From NCBI GenBank assembly GCA_964035575.1, contig OZ037833.1, forward strand, positions 1,054,001 to 1,118,000: a stretch of DNA of 64,000 nucleotides, written 5' to 3'. The notes below the pieces were generated by a model, which worked only from the letters and a program-made list of their open reading frames with translations, did no database searches and had not been told where the DNA came from. The DNA comes from Rhynchopus sp. YZ270_cl-10. Lineage: Eukaryota. The translations under genes were made by a program, and so were the position numbers. Positions 34,061 through 46,600 of the stretch are shown piece by piece (within the stretch, counting starts at the first letter, position 1; every line of letters begins with the position of its first letter).

Positions 34061-35210
34061 CCATGGCTGTGTAACTTAAGTGACTTAAGTTTTTTTTAAA
34101 AAAAAAACTTAAGTCGCTTAAGTTACCTTAAGTCATCGTTTTTTTTTTTTTTTTTTTTTTTCCCTTTTGCTTGGCTTGGGTGTGAAGCTTCAGGTGGTCT
34201 GAAGAGTGATCTGACCATATTCTCTAGGTATAACAGTCCTCAAAAAATGCATTGACGAAAGAATTTTGCACTTTTGACCACCACAGATTATGTACCTGTG
34301 TACCTGTGTACCTGTGTACCTGTGTACCTGTGTACCTGTGTACCTGTGTACCTGTGTACCTGTGTACCTGTGTACCTGTGTACCTGTGTACCTGTGTACC
34401 TGTGTACCTGTGTACCTGTGTACCTGTGTACCTGTGTACCTGTGTACCTGTGTACCTGTGTACCTGTGTACCTGTGTACCTGTGTACCTGTGTACTGTGC
34501 GGAAATTGACCAAAAACGAGAACTTGTACGTTTCGGCAAATTGACCCCACCACTGGCCGGACGGATTCCAGAAATGCAAATACCGCCGTTTAAAAGCTTC
34601 ACCAACGAAAATTTTTTCCCCCAACACGTGTATCCCCTATGAGGGTGACAACTGGTAGAAACACGGGTAATCGGTTATGCAGCCACGCCAAGCATAATAT
34701 TTCGTTGTAAAATATTTACGTTTCGGAAAGTGGAAAATGACTGTCATGTACCAGCCATTTTACCATCGATATTTCACTGTCATGTCTACTCCGAATAATC
34801 GCCCCTCACGTGTGCACTTGACCGCACGCGGGTGCAGTGATAAGTCCGATTTGATTGGGTGGTCACCCTCATTTGGAATTTTCAGTAGGGATGCTGCATC
34901 AGGAAACTACGGGTATCCGGCCCCTTCAGTGAAGTTCATCGTCCAAGCAAAAACAAAAACAAAAAAAAAAATACAAAAAAAAAACGGTAACTTAAGCTAA
35001 CTTAAGTGACTTAAGTTGGTAACTTAAGCTGTTTTTTTATAAAAAAAACTTAAGTTACGTTTTTTTCCTAAAAAAACTTAAGTTTTTTTCTCGAAAACTT
35101 AAGTTTTTTAATTTAAGTTTTTTTTTTCAGTAGCTTAAGTCGCCTAAATTTTCCGGAGGATTTCGGAAAAAACTTAAGTTTTTTTTTTAGCTTAAGTTAC
35201 ACAGCCATGG
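34061..35210. mobile_element. Non-autonomous TIR element with CTTAAG subterminal repeats
   Basis: 20-bp perfect TIR CCATGGCTGTGTAACTTAAG. Flanking duplication is CTTA (or GCTTAC if the termini are CATGG). Many ACTTAAGT motifs lie near both ends. Confidence 0.85.
34291..34495. repeat. (TGTACCTG)n microsatellite, about 25 copies
   Basis: Same unit and orientation as 3363-3817. Confidence 0.98.
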
Positions 35211-35421
35211 CTTACTGTAAGACGGGTGAAAAAAAACGGTGAAAATAAAAATTTTATTTTCACACCCCTCCACGTACTTTTGGGTGGGCGAGGAAAATAA
35301 AGCTTCACGCGCGTGGATAAAAAAAAAATCTCAACGTAGACCGCGAAATGGAAGTAAGCTGGGCGGAGGGTGGGCGTGGCGTGGATATATTCTGTTGCGA
35401 CACGTGATTTTTCCAAGTTTT

Positions 35422-35464
<43 letters not shown>

Positions 35465-35466
<2 letters not shown>

Positions 35467-35974
35467 ATAACTCCGCTGGATCTGATACTGCTGACACCGC
35501 TAGTCCTGCTAAAACGGCTGACACGGTTGATACTTCCGACACTACTACTGCTGCGACCTCTGATCCTTCCGTTATTGCTTCCCTTGCTGGTTCTGTCACT
35601 GTGCGTAATTCTTGTACTTCTGACCCCTCTAGTGGTGCTGCTGATCTTGATTCTGAAGACATTCCACCCTCTTCCCCGTCTCTTTCAGTTGTGTTCTCGC
35701 GCATCTCTCCCTCAGAATCTGCGGCGAGTTCTCCGTCACAGTCGTCGTCGTTGTATCGATACAAAAATTGCTGCGCTCGCGCCTTCTTCGCACGCTGCTT
35801 TTCCTCCTTTTCTGCCTTGAGGTTCTCCTCCTCGTGGGCTTCGCTCCGCTTGCTCCGACCGGCTACGTTCTGCCTGCTCTTCTCCGACACCTCAGCCCTT
35901 GACTTCCTGACTGCGTTTACTCTTTTCATGGCGTTTGCGCCACCCTTCCCCTTCACTCCGCCTAGGCCACCCAT
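35465..35974 (-). CDS. Hypothetical charged low-complexity protein, about 169 aa
   Basis: ATG at 35974 (MGGLGGVKGKGG...), basic N-terminal half and acidic C-terminal half, on the cluster strand. Confidence 0.55.
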
Positions 35975-36013
35975 ATCAACAATGCTTTTGTGTGTTCTGT
36001 TGTGGGGGGGGTA

Positions 36014-37200
36014 GGGGGTACGACTCCAGCCATTTTTTGCGCACGGAAAATTCATTTGGCATTATCTGGTCATCTCCAAGGCAACTGCGGGTGAAAAACA
36101 CCCTCAGAGTGGGTCACAGGGGGCCTGTGGGTCGAAAAACGACCCAGAAGCCACCCCAGAATACAAAAAAATGGAAAAAAATAGTGAAAAAACGGCTTTT
36201 TTCACGTTTTGGCCACTTTGGGCAAAATAGCGATTTTTCGAGAAAAAAATCAAAAACCGGGATATTTTTTGACATCACAAAGCCTCCTTTGGCACAAATA
36301 TACCCCAAAAGTGGCCTGTGAGTCCATTCCAACCTGTTTTGGACATATTTGACACTTTTGGAAGTGTTTTTTTGGTGTTTTTAGGTCAAAAAAATGCCCA
36401 AGACGTCCCCAAGACATCCCCAAGACACTTTGCACACCCCCTGTTACGGTCATATTTTTTCGTTTTTTTGCCTGAAACCCCCAAAATACCCCTCCCGGAC
36501 CCCACATAGTCCCGAATATCCATCACACACCCACTCAGAGTGAGTAGAAGCACCCCAAAAAAAATATTTTTTAAAGCCCTAAAATTGTGCTTCAGTTTCG
36601 GCAGCATCCATGTTGAAGTTGAAGGGCTTTAAAAAATATTTTTTTTGGGGTGCTTCTACTCACTCTGAGTGGGTGTGTGATGGATATTCGGGACTATGTG
36701 GGGTCCGGGAGGGGTATTTTGGGGGTTTCAGGCAAAAAAACGAAAAAAATATGACCGTAACAGGGGGTGTGCAAAGTGTCTTGGGGATGTCTTGGGGACG
36801 TCTTGGGCATTTTTTTGACCTAAAAACACCAAAAAAACACTTCCAAAAGTGTCAAATATGTCCAAAACAGGTTGGAATGGACTCACAGGCCACTTTTGGG
36901 GTATATTTGTGCCAAAGGAGGCTTTGTGATGTCAAAAAATATCCCGGTTTTTGATTTTTTTCTCGAAAAATCGCTATTTTGCCCAAAGTGGCCAAAACGT
37001 GAAAAAAGCCGTTTTTTCACTATTTTTTTCCATTTTTTTGTATTCTGGGGTGGCTTCTGGGTCGTTTTTCGACCCACAGGCCCCCTGTGACCCACTCTGA
37101 GGGTGTTTTTCACCCGCAGTTGCCTTGGAGATGGCCAGATAATGCCAAATGAATTTTCCGTGCGTTTGGTCCCAGCCAAAATGGCTGGAGTCGTATCCCC
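36014..37200. mobile_element. Foldback element: about 1.19-kb near-perfect palindrome
   Basis: Arms 36040-36580 and 36623-37164 are almost exact reverse complements around a 42-bp spacer. Pairing extends outward past an indel to GGGG/CCCC ends flanked by TA. Confidence 0.9.
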
Positions 37201-37498
37201 TAGGGGGGGGGGGGGGGGGGTAGGGGGGGTCACATGGGGTAGAAATTTTTGTTTTTCTGAATATTCGCAGTGTTTTTTCTAGGATTTGGAGTTTTTGGCT
37301 GACGGGGGGTGCACAGGGCAAAAAAGTGCGTATATTTTTTTTTCCCGCGGTTGACCATGCAACAGGGGATTAAAAAGGTTTTGGGGGGTTTTCGCTGAAA
37401 CTCGGTCAAAACTCGGTCGAACCCGGGTCCCCAACCCAGCTCAAGTTGGGGGCCTCCGGCGGAATATGGGAATTCCTACGTGGTGCACGAAGTAGTTA

Positions 37499-37686
37499 CA
37501 AAAGAAACGGCGGTCATGGCATCCAAAGGTTCCTGGCGAAGCCACGGTACGCAACATTTCTAATAAATGATGGCATAAAATGGCACTTTCGTTGGTAATT
37601 ATCTAAAATGAAAGTTTCTGGCGAAGCCACGGTACGCAACGTTTCAAAAAATTGCGCTTAAAATTGCACATTTTTACTGCCAAACA
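37499..37686. repeat. Dispersed repeat; inverted copy of 52019-52240
   Basis: GGCGGTCATGGCATCCAAAGGTTCC.GGCGAAGCCACGGTACGCAAC is shared in opposite orientation. Each copy has two internal GGCGAAGCCACGGTACGCAAC motifs. Confidence 0.85.
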
Positions 37687-38171
37687 GAGAAGAGCTACAC
37701 TTACAGCACCTGGGACGCAAAACAGTTATGTTTGCAGCTACGGAAACGCTTACTTCCTGGTGAGACTCGCGAGAGCATGATGGGGAAGGTGAAGGTAGGG
37801 GGGTGGGTCCCCCACCCCCAACCGCCCTGCCCCTCCGCCCCCAGGGGGGCCGCTAGGGGGTGCACCCCCTTGAAATCTCAAAAAAGTCTGACGGGGGTGC
37901 GCGCGCACCCCCTCCAGAAAAAACACTGATATTCGTCAGAAGGTGCAAAAACCACGAAAAAACACACCAAACCACCCCGGGGGGGGCGGGGGTCGGTATT
38001 TTTTTTCTGTCAGATTTTCATTAGAAATGTACGTTGGTAGGAACAGAAGCGAAGGGGCTGGTGGGGAAACGAGAGACAGTTTTTCTCGAACTACATTTGT
38101 ATCGAGGGGGGCCGAGTGCTGGGCCTGCCAATGGAAAAGACAAACAACACCTGTGCGTGTGTTGTTTGTCT

Positions 38172-38624
38172 TTACCATGTGTTCTGGTGCTGTTGGTACT
38201 GCGCCACCATCACACGCTCATGGTTCTGCTGTTGCCTTTCACTGTGAGAAATAGAGGGCGTATAAGATCCGGAATTGTTGGTGCCAGAGCGGTACTCACT
38301 CACATCGACAGGAGAACACCAACAACCTCCCTTAAACGGAGCCGTGGCGGTGCACCCTTCTCCTTTACAGCATAAACACCAACTTACAGCCGCTACTACA
38401 GCAAGCACCGCCATAACTTGAAACACTCGAAGGGCAGTTCCCAAAGGCGAATTTACACACCTCCCTACGCCCCCATCCAATTCGCACGTGGTAAGAGGGC
38501 AACTACATCCGTAATTCTCAAAGTTTGCGTTATAACAGAAATTTGTACCATCCAGGCCCTCTTCACATCCTCTCACCATCTCGAACGCAGTGGCGCCTAA
38601 GACAGAAAACTTAGATAATTTCAT
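38172..38624 (-). CDS. Small single-pass membrane protein with a Cys-rich ectodomain, 150 aa
   Basis: Signal-like N-terminus, 6-Cys ectodomain, TM helix (VFQVMAVLAVVAAVSW), juxtamembrane CLCC and a polar tail. Confidence 0.6.
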   Translation of the reverse strand: MKLSKFSVLGATAFEMVRGCEEGLDGTNFCYNANFENYGCSCPLTTCELDGGVGRCVNSPLGTALRVFQVMAVLAVVAAVSWCLCCKGEGCTATAPFKGGCWCSPVDVSEYRSGTNNSGSYTPSISHSERQQQNHERVMVAQYQQHQNTW

Positions 38625-41600
38625 AGTGCGGGGGGTGAAGGTGCTTTTTTACAACTGCTTCCGCATGGATTGTTCGTGGGTTTGAAAGTTCTTGATGTGA
38701 AGGAGAAAAAGGGGGGGGGGGGGGGGGTGCCCGGGGAACTTCTGAATCTTTAATGTAACGTCACCTCACGCAGCACAGTCCTTTGTTGAGGGGAATAAGA
38801 GAAATTTACAAAAAAAAAAATCCATTTTTTTTTAACATGCTTTTGTTTGTTCAATGGAAGGGGGATGTGATGAGGGGGAAGAAGGGAGAACGATCGGGAG
38901 GGTGAGGGAGTCGAAAGAAAGAGAATCAAAAAAGGGAAAGGATTTTTCTTTTTTTTTTTTTTCAGATAATATTTGCCTCATCGTGCTTGGTATTACCTTT
39001 TGAAAAAAGAAAAATTTAAAATAAAAATAAAAGGCAAAGGCAAAAGGAGGGAGGGTGGGAGGAATTTATGTGCGCGAATAATGTATGCAGAGTTGTGGAT
39101 AAAAGCAAAAGGGAATATGGACAAAGAAGAGACAGAGACAGAGAGGGGTGTGCGGATGTGACGCAGGAAGGTGGCAGGGCCTCTAAGAAGACCCATCCTG
39201 TGTCCCTCACACTCTTTTTCTCTCTCCCTCTCTCCCTCTTCTTGTTCTCTAATCACCTCAAAAAAAAAAAGGGGGCTGCAGTACAGAAAAGTACGTCGGG
39301 GGAAGAAAAAAAGAATAAAAAAAGTTGCTTTCTGTGAGTCACCTAAAGCGCTTTGATTATTTTTTTTTTTTCTTGTTAGACTGCTACCAAGGAGTTTATT
39401 TTCTTTAAAAAAATCCGGGTAATAAAATGAATCGTAGAACAGAGAATGCACATAAGACCCCTCCTTGCCTACCCCTTCCCTCCCATTTGACCAAAGACTT
39501 CTTTCATGTAAAACTTTCCCCACCACCTAAAACGTCCCCCAAGCGTCAAAAAAAACGTATCGCAAATTTCTGCATCCTTAAATTTTGACAAAATTGACAA
39601 AAATGCCAAAGTGAAAAACAGGATGGACTAGGGTTGTTTGGACAAAAAAAAAAAACACACTTTTTTTTTGGGAGAGAGTAAAAAAAAAAAAACGGCTGAG
39701 ACGAGAAAAAAAACAAAACAAACGCAAATAAACTCAGGAAATGGGAGGGGGAAATGAAATAGAATTTCACTTTTTTTTTTATTTTCTTGGTTTTGTATTT
39801 TAGTGTTGACACCCGCGAGGATGACTTTCACAATACAAAAAACGCATTTTTTTTTTCCTTTTCTTTTTTCTTTTCTTTTTTTTAAACAACTGTGCGATAG
39901 CAAACCTCAATACCGTAACACTACATCAGGGTAGGGGGTTTTCTCTCGCATTTAAACAAAGGTTTTGACAGCGAATACGACTCACAGTGTACAGCCTTAG
40001 AGACTGGGCACAGGAGACGCAAGATACCCTATCATACAATTACATAATTCATCATGATAAATCAAAACTATTTGGAAAAAAAAAAAAATACCTCCAAAAA
40101 TAAAAGTTTTGCGAAAGATGAACCTAAGCCTCACTGCGCTTAGTTAGACGGGAAAATACCATTCAAAATAAAAAAAAAGAGGCTTTCAGAGCGAGCTGTC
40201 AAAAAAACACAACAACCCTGTATCTTCTACGAAGGAAGCTGTAACAGCATTAAAAAAAAATAAGAATTTTTTTTGTTTGCCCTAACCTAACAACGATGCC
40301 GGTAACAAAATGAGTGTAGCTCAGACAAAGAAAAGTTTGTAATATTGAACCTAAGCCTCTCGTGCTTAGCCACCTCTGTAAACAAAAGGCATTTGGACAA
40401 AAAAAAAGGGGGGTTTTTTTCAACAACAGGAGGGGGACCAACATAGAATAAAACACACAACTAGGACAAACCTAAAAAAAAAAATACTTAACCCTAGGAA
40501 ACACGCCGGAAAAAAAACCTTGGGTCGCTTGGGTAAAGTGGGTGAATATGGGGTGGGTGTGATAAAAACGGGAGAGCATTTGGCTTTTCAAAATTGCTTG
40601 AAAAGCGAAAAAAAAAAAAAGAGGGGGGGAAAATGGGGGGGGGGTGATGGAAGAGAAAGAATAAAAAAGAAAACATTTTTTTTTTTTTTTTTTTTTTTGG
40701 TAAGGCGAACATCAGCTGTAACACTTAGTTCACCTAGAAAAAAAAAAAGGGGGGGGGCGGGTGGTGATAATTGGAATGCACGATTACACAATCTCTCTAC
40801 AACAGTGTGTATCATGAATTTGAGTGATCTGTGTTGGGGGTATTGGGAGGGAGACGTGGAAAAGGGGGTACTCTCTGTATCGTTCCCTCTTTCTCTCTCG
40901 CTCTCTTTTTCTTTTTTGAAAACTTGGTTGTATTAGTGTAGCCACCCGAGGATGAACTCCACTATACACTTTTTTGTTATATCTTTCCATCATCTACCGA
41001 GGTAGGGTCTGTACACAATGTACACCCAAAAGCTTTTGTGCTTAATTGATATAGACGCAGGTCGTCCTTTTTTGTTTGAGAAAGAAAGTGAGTGAGAGAG
41101 ACAGAGAGACAAGAGGGCACCACCTTTCCACAACTCACCCTAGAGACCCACCACATATTTTTCCTCTGATGCAAAAGAAAAAAGAAAAAAAAAAAAAAAA
41201 ACTGTCAATCGGTAATTTCCTTGAGTTTTTTTTTTTGTATTTTTGTTTTGTAATAAATTTGTTGAGAAGATATGCAAAACAATCTTCTCCGGAGCTTTTT
41301 GTGCTTTTTATTTGGGTTTTTTTTTTCTTTTCGTTTTCTTCTTATAAAAAATACGATGACTTTTTTTGTGCTTTACAGGATCATAATTAATTGTGTTTAT
41401 TTTTGTTTCGTGTAGATCAGAGAAGCAACTATTAGTATTCGCATTTTTTTCAAAAAAAAGAAAATTGCAATGAGAATTGTTTTCCTTTTTGTTGAGACAC
41501 ATCCAAAGAAACACCTTCCTGATTTAATAGAGAAAAGTGCATCTGGGGGAAAGTAAAAAAAAATGTTGATAAGATGATATAAAGTCTGTTGATAGTCGCC

Positions 41601-42334
41601 TCACAAAGACAACAAACAAAACATGATCTCACCCACATCTCATTAAAAAAAAAGGGGAATTTAAAGTTACTAAGGTTGCTTAGATTCCTTGACAACGTTG
41701 AAAAAAGAAAAAAAGAAAAAAACTCAGACAATCAGACCGGCGACAGAGACGCAGAGGAAAAAAGGAGTGATGGCAAATTTGATGAAAATGTGACGAGGTG
41801 CTTCATGTGAAGCACGGGCACGTTTCGGTGTGTCGGGGAGCGGGGAGCTGGGGACGAATTCATGGTGGTCACGAGTCCGTGAATAGGGAAAGGAACCTTT
41901 ATGTGTGGGGGGGGATAGGGAGGTGAGAGCAAATTAAGAAAAGTTTATAAGATGATCCTAAGCCTCTTTGTGCTTAGTCACCCCTTAATGAAGCAATTAA
42001 TGCTGTTGTGGGGCCTGCGTGGACTGCAAAAATAAAAATAAAAAATAAAAAATAAAAAGGAAAAAAGGGGGAAAACAGTAAAAAGAGCAAAAGGTTAAAG
42101 GTTTGGGTAAAGGGAAGATCGTACCCCTGTCGTGAGCCCAACCGCTAAACTGTTTTCTTCTTCTTCCTTGATAAATTGTTTTGGAGTAGTTGCATCAGGT
42201 TGTGTTTGCCACAATTTTTTGTGCAAATCTCCACTTGTGTTCTTTTTATTATTATTTATTTTGCAGTAAAGAGACTCCATGGCAGCTTCTCTCGCTATGA
42301 TAGTCCTTGTGAACGATTAAAAAAAAGGGGGGTA

Positions 42335-42367
<33 letters not shown>

Positions 42368-43612
42368 GAAGACGACAGAAAAAAGAAAAAGAAAAAAAGC
42401 ACGCACACAACAGTTTGATTTTTTTAATGTTGTGGTAATCTGTTATGTTTTTTTTTTTTAGTGAAGCTGCCTTACAAGACAGTCCTTGCACTATACAATT
42501 CCCTTCTCTCTCTCGCTCTCCCCTTCCCATTCTTTTGCTTCCACCTCCATCACCAATAGTACCCTTTGTTATAGGTATCTACTTTCCCATGCTTTTGGAG
42601 AACATAGTATTACACCAAATACATCCAATGAATTGAAAGTACAGGCGGAGGGGGAAAAAAAAAAGGAGTGATCTGCAACACTGAAACCTGCAGAACTAAT
42701 TTAAAAAAAAGGTTTTCCGAAAGCAACACATTGACCTGCAAACCAGGGGGGAAAAAAACCAAAAAAAAAATGTTGGTAAAAATGATCCCAAGCCTCACAT
42801 GCTGAGTCAAAAAAAAAAAAAAAAAACACACAAAGGGGGGGAAGAAGGGGAGGGAGGGGGGGAAGGAGGGGAAAACTGTGGAGAAGAGGATACGGGGGAT
42901 GGGATGGAGACTTTTTGTACGGGAAGTCTTAATGACCATTTAAGGACAAAGACTCAGTATTGTTTTTTTTTTTACTTTTTCATTTTGTTTGCTCCACCCC
43001 AATGTCCAGAGAAAGGGAGGGAAAGGCAATGACTATTGCAATATGCCTGTTGATGGTGTATTTTGTTCTCACTTTAGAACACAGACGGCATTAAGGGGGG
43101 AAAATGGGAATTGTGTGTCGAACTCGATTATTTCATGTAGGCAAGATGACGCCACGTGGATAGTTCCTTGATATCCCGGCGAAGTCCTGGACATGGCTGG
43201 AGACGACACGCAGTAGCAGAAAATAGAACAAAATCTTTTTGAGGGGTATGGGGAGGGAGAATGCCAGATGTTCACTCAAAAACACCGTACATGAATAATA
43301 TAATAAATAATAAAAAAAAAAAAAAAATGTTTTTTTTGAGGGGGTTCGGTTGGGTGAGAATTTTGAACTACAGGCTATAACGTACCCTATTTATTGACTT
43401 TATTTTCCTCTTCTTTTTCTGTTCAGGGAGTCGGTACTTCGGGCACGTAGAGAGGTGAAGAACACGGGAACACATCAAACTAAACATGGTGGGAAAGACA
43501 TCGTCTTACTCAGGATTTCGGGGATCGTGGGTGGGAAAAAATGTAAGACACATGTACAACAGAGGCACATGTCTCAAAAAAAAGGTCTCAAAAAGGAGAG
43601 GGGGGAAACACC

Positions 43613-46600
43613 CTAGATGTCGTCCTCGTCACCCCGGGATCCCGGGCTGCTGTCCTTGGCAGACATCTCAAGGAGCGGCTCCTCAGTGCCGTTCTGGTTG
43701 CTAGGCGACTTCTCGGACTGTGTGGGTGGTGTGGTGGGTAGGGAGTAGGGTGGGAGAAGGGTAGCGCAAAGCGGCACATCTCTACATACCATGCCGTAGT
43801 CGTCTTCGTTGTCGCCAACCTCAGCCTGGAACTGCTTGTTCCACTTGTCGTCGTCGATGTCGTTCTGCTGCTGCTTCTGTCTGCAGCGGAACAGGAGGAA
43901 GGCAAGCAGGAGGCAGCAGCACAGGAGGAGGAGCAGAAGCAGCCACCACCAGCACTCCCAGAAGGTGCAGTCGTCGTCGTCCTCACCCTCGCCAATCGGA
44001 CGTGCCGGGGCAGATGTGTTCCATTCCGGTGCCCCCCTGACGTAGTCGCAAAGGCCGTAGTAGCTCTCGTACACACACTCGGGTGCAGCTGTGCACTCCT
44101 CAGCACCCAGCGTCGCGCACACAACACCTGTGCACACTGCCGGTGCCGTCGTGGTCTTGTTCCCGGTGCCGCCCTTGCATGCGCACATCCAGTCACCCTC
44201 AATCGTGACGTCCGGGTCGTAGCAGTCCTGTCCTGCCTCCTTGCACACGTCCATCTCGCACGTCTTGCACTCAGCCTGGCACTCGTCAATCCCACACTCC
44301 GCAGGGCCCATGAGCCCGTTCGTCCCTGTCTTCGGTGCCACACAGCTGCACACCCAGGTCCCGTCCTGTGCCACGTCCGTGTCGACGCACGTCTGCTCCA
44401 CTGCAATGCACACAGCTGCAATCTCCGGCCTGTCGCACTCCCCAACAAAGACGCACTCCGCAGGCTTCATCGTCGCACTTCCAATAGCAGGGGCCGGGCA
44501 TCTGCAGATCCAGTCGTCTGTCGACTCTGCTGTTGTGTCAGGGTCGAAGCACATCTGTCCCTTCTCGTGGCACAGCTGCATGTTTTCATCCGTCAGACAC
44601 TCGTTGATCTTACACACTGCTGCGTGGCCAATGGCCGAACCCAGGGCAGGGCGCACGCAGTGGCACTCCCAGTCGTTCAGGCTTGTGTCGCTTGGGTGCA
44701 GGTCCACGCACTCCTGGTTCTTGTCTGTGCACTTCTGCAGGTTCTGTGTGTCGAGACACTCGTCCTGCACGCACACCGCACGCTCCTGCAGACCAGCGCC
44801 AAGGGCAGGGGCAAGGCAGTCGCAGCGCCAGTCCCCAAGCTCCGATCCTGACGGGTCAACACACTGCTGTCCCTCACAGGCGTAGCCGTGTCCGTCTCCC
44901 TTCCTTGCGCACGTCGGGCATGTCGCCAGGCACTCGTCAATCACACATTTCGCAGCTTCTGTTATACCCGGTGCCTCCTGCACGTAGGGGTCTGTGCAGT
45001 GGCACACCCAGTCGCCCGCCAGCTCCGGGTCCTCGTCGTAGCAGTACTGTCCAGCGTTCAGGCAGGTCTTCTGGTTTGCTTCAATCTGGCACTCGTCGTG
45101 TCCGTCGAACACTGTGTGGATATGGGTGTGCGTGTGTGCAAAGAAGGCAGTTAAGAAGGAAGTTAATGGGAAGCATGCTCAGTGGCAAGTCATCGTGCGC
45201 CACACGTGCAGGTATATAAGTGTTAATGTTTTGGAGATGGGTTAGCAAGATGAGCCCAGGCCCTGTGTTTAGCAGTCAGCTAAATCACAATCGTCATTGC
45301 ACAGCATAGTTGTGCGCCTTCAGACAATCACAACAGGAAATACACACAAACAAATGGCATCACAACCAAAGGAAGGGGAGTGCACGTTTGCAGCATTTGC
45401 ACGATGGGTTGTGTCAAGGCGGCGGGGTGGGTGGGTAGGGGCAAGGGGTGGGTAAGAGGTGGGGTAAGGGCGGAGGAGAGCAGAGGGAGGCCATACCACA
45501 CTCCGCAGCAGCCATGTCCTTCGACCCGCTTCCTGACAGGCACTGGCATTCCCAGTCGTCCTTCGACTCCGCATCGGTGTTCTTGTCAAAGCACTTCTGC
45601 CCAACCTGCGAGCACACTGTGACCTGATCGCACTCGTCAACGCCTGTGTGTTAGTGAAAAGGTTTGTGGGTGTTGTGTGGTGTTTCTGTATATTTCTGTA
45701 TATCACCCATTCCACGAAAAACCGTATACAAAACCCCTGTTTTTGGTAAAGAAACTAGACAACTTCTACTCCACTAATCTTATCGATTTTTTTTTTAATT
45801 GAAAGCGCCGAGCTCGGAAATTCACACTAGCGCATTTTCGACAACAAAAAAATACTTCATATTTCCGCAAACGATGTCGTCCGTGGCCACATAATTTTAA
45901 CAGGGACCCAGGTCCCCAAAAAATATTTTTTCTCTTTTTTTGGAAGATCGGGTACGAAATCTTTCAATTCCGGGGTCGGACGATTTTTTTTATGCATCTG
46001 TTGATGTCTATTATTTTTTGGGCAGTTCTTAGGCGGAAGGTACCTACTAGGAAGTGCCTTATGGTGCCCCTTTTACAGAGGAATCCTTCTATATTTTAAG
46101 GCCACGCTTTCGTCAACAAAAAATTGCCCAATCACGCGTTTGAAAGATGCATTGCAATATCTTGCAATTCCGGGGTCGTACGACCAACGGGTAGACGCAG
46201 AAGGCGACCAGGGTACTACCGTATACCAGCGGCGAACACCCCATTTTCCAAGGTAATTTGCCCTGCTATATACAGCTATAGTGCAAAAGTCTTCATGGTA
46301 AAAAAAGTAGACAACTTCTACTCCACTAATCTTCTCGATTTTTTTTTTAATGAAAAGCGCTGAGCTCGGAAATTCACACTAGCGGTGTTTTGGGGGGTTT
46401 TTGTGACCAGGAAATTGTCGAGATAACTGGGAGCGCCGGACCCAAAACTCTCCCACACATCCTCGGATTGGTGTGGCCCGAAACCCGGTTTTTGGGGTAC
46501 ATTAGAAGTACATTAGAAGTACATTTTTTTGACTTTATTTTAGGCGTGATTAAGGGAAAAAACTTTTTTTTATAGGTGACTTTTTTTGGGGGGTCCGGGG

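Noticed and set aside
36114..37321. Duplicated ORFs on both strands
   Set aside because: Mirror products of the palindrome with no protein-like features.
38700..43500. Many short ORFs in a 4.8-kb homopolymer-rich region
   Set aside because: Poly-K/F products of A/T runs; probably UTR or intergenic sequence.
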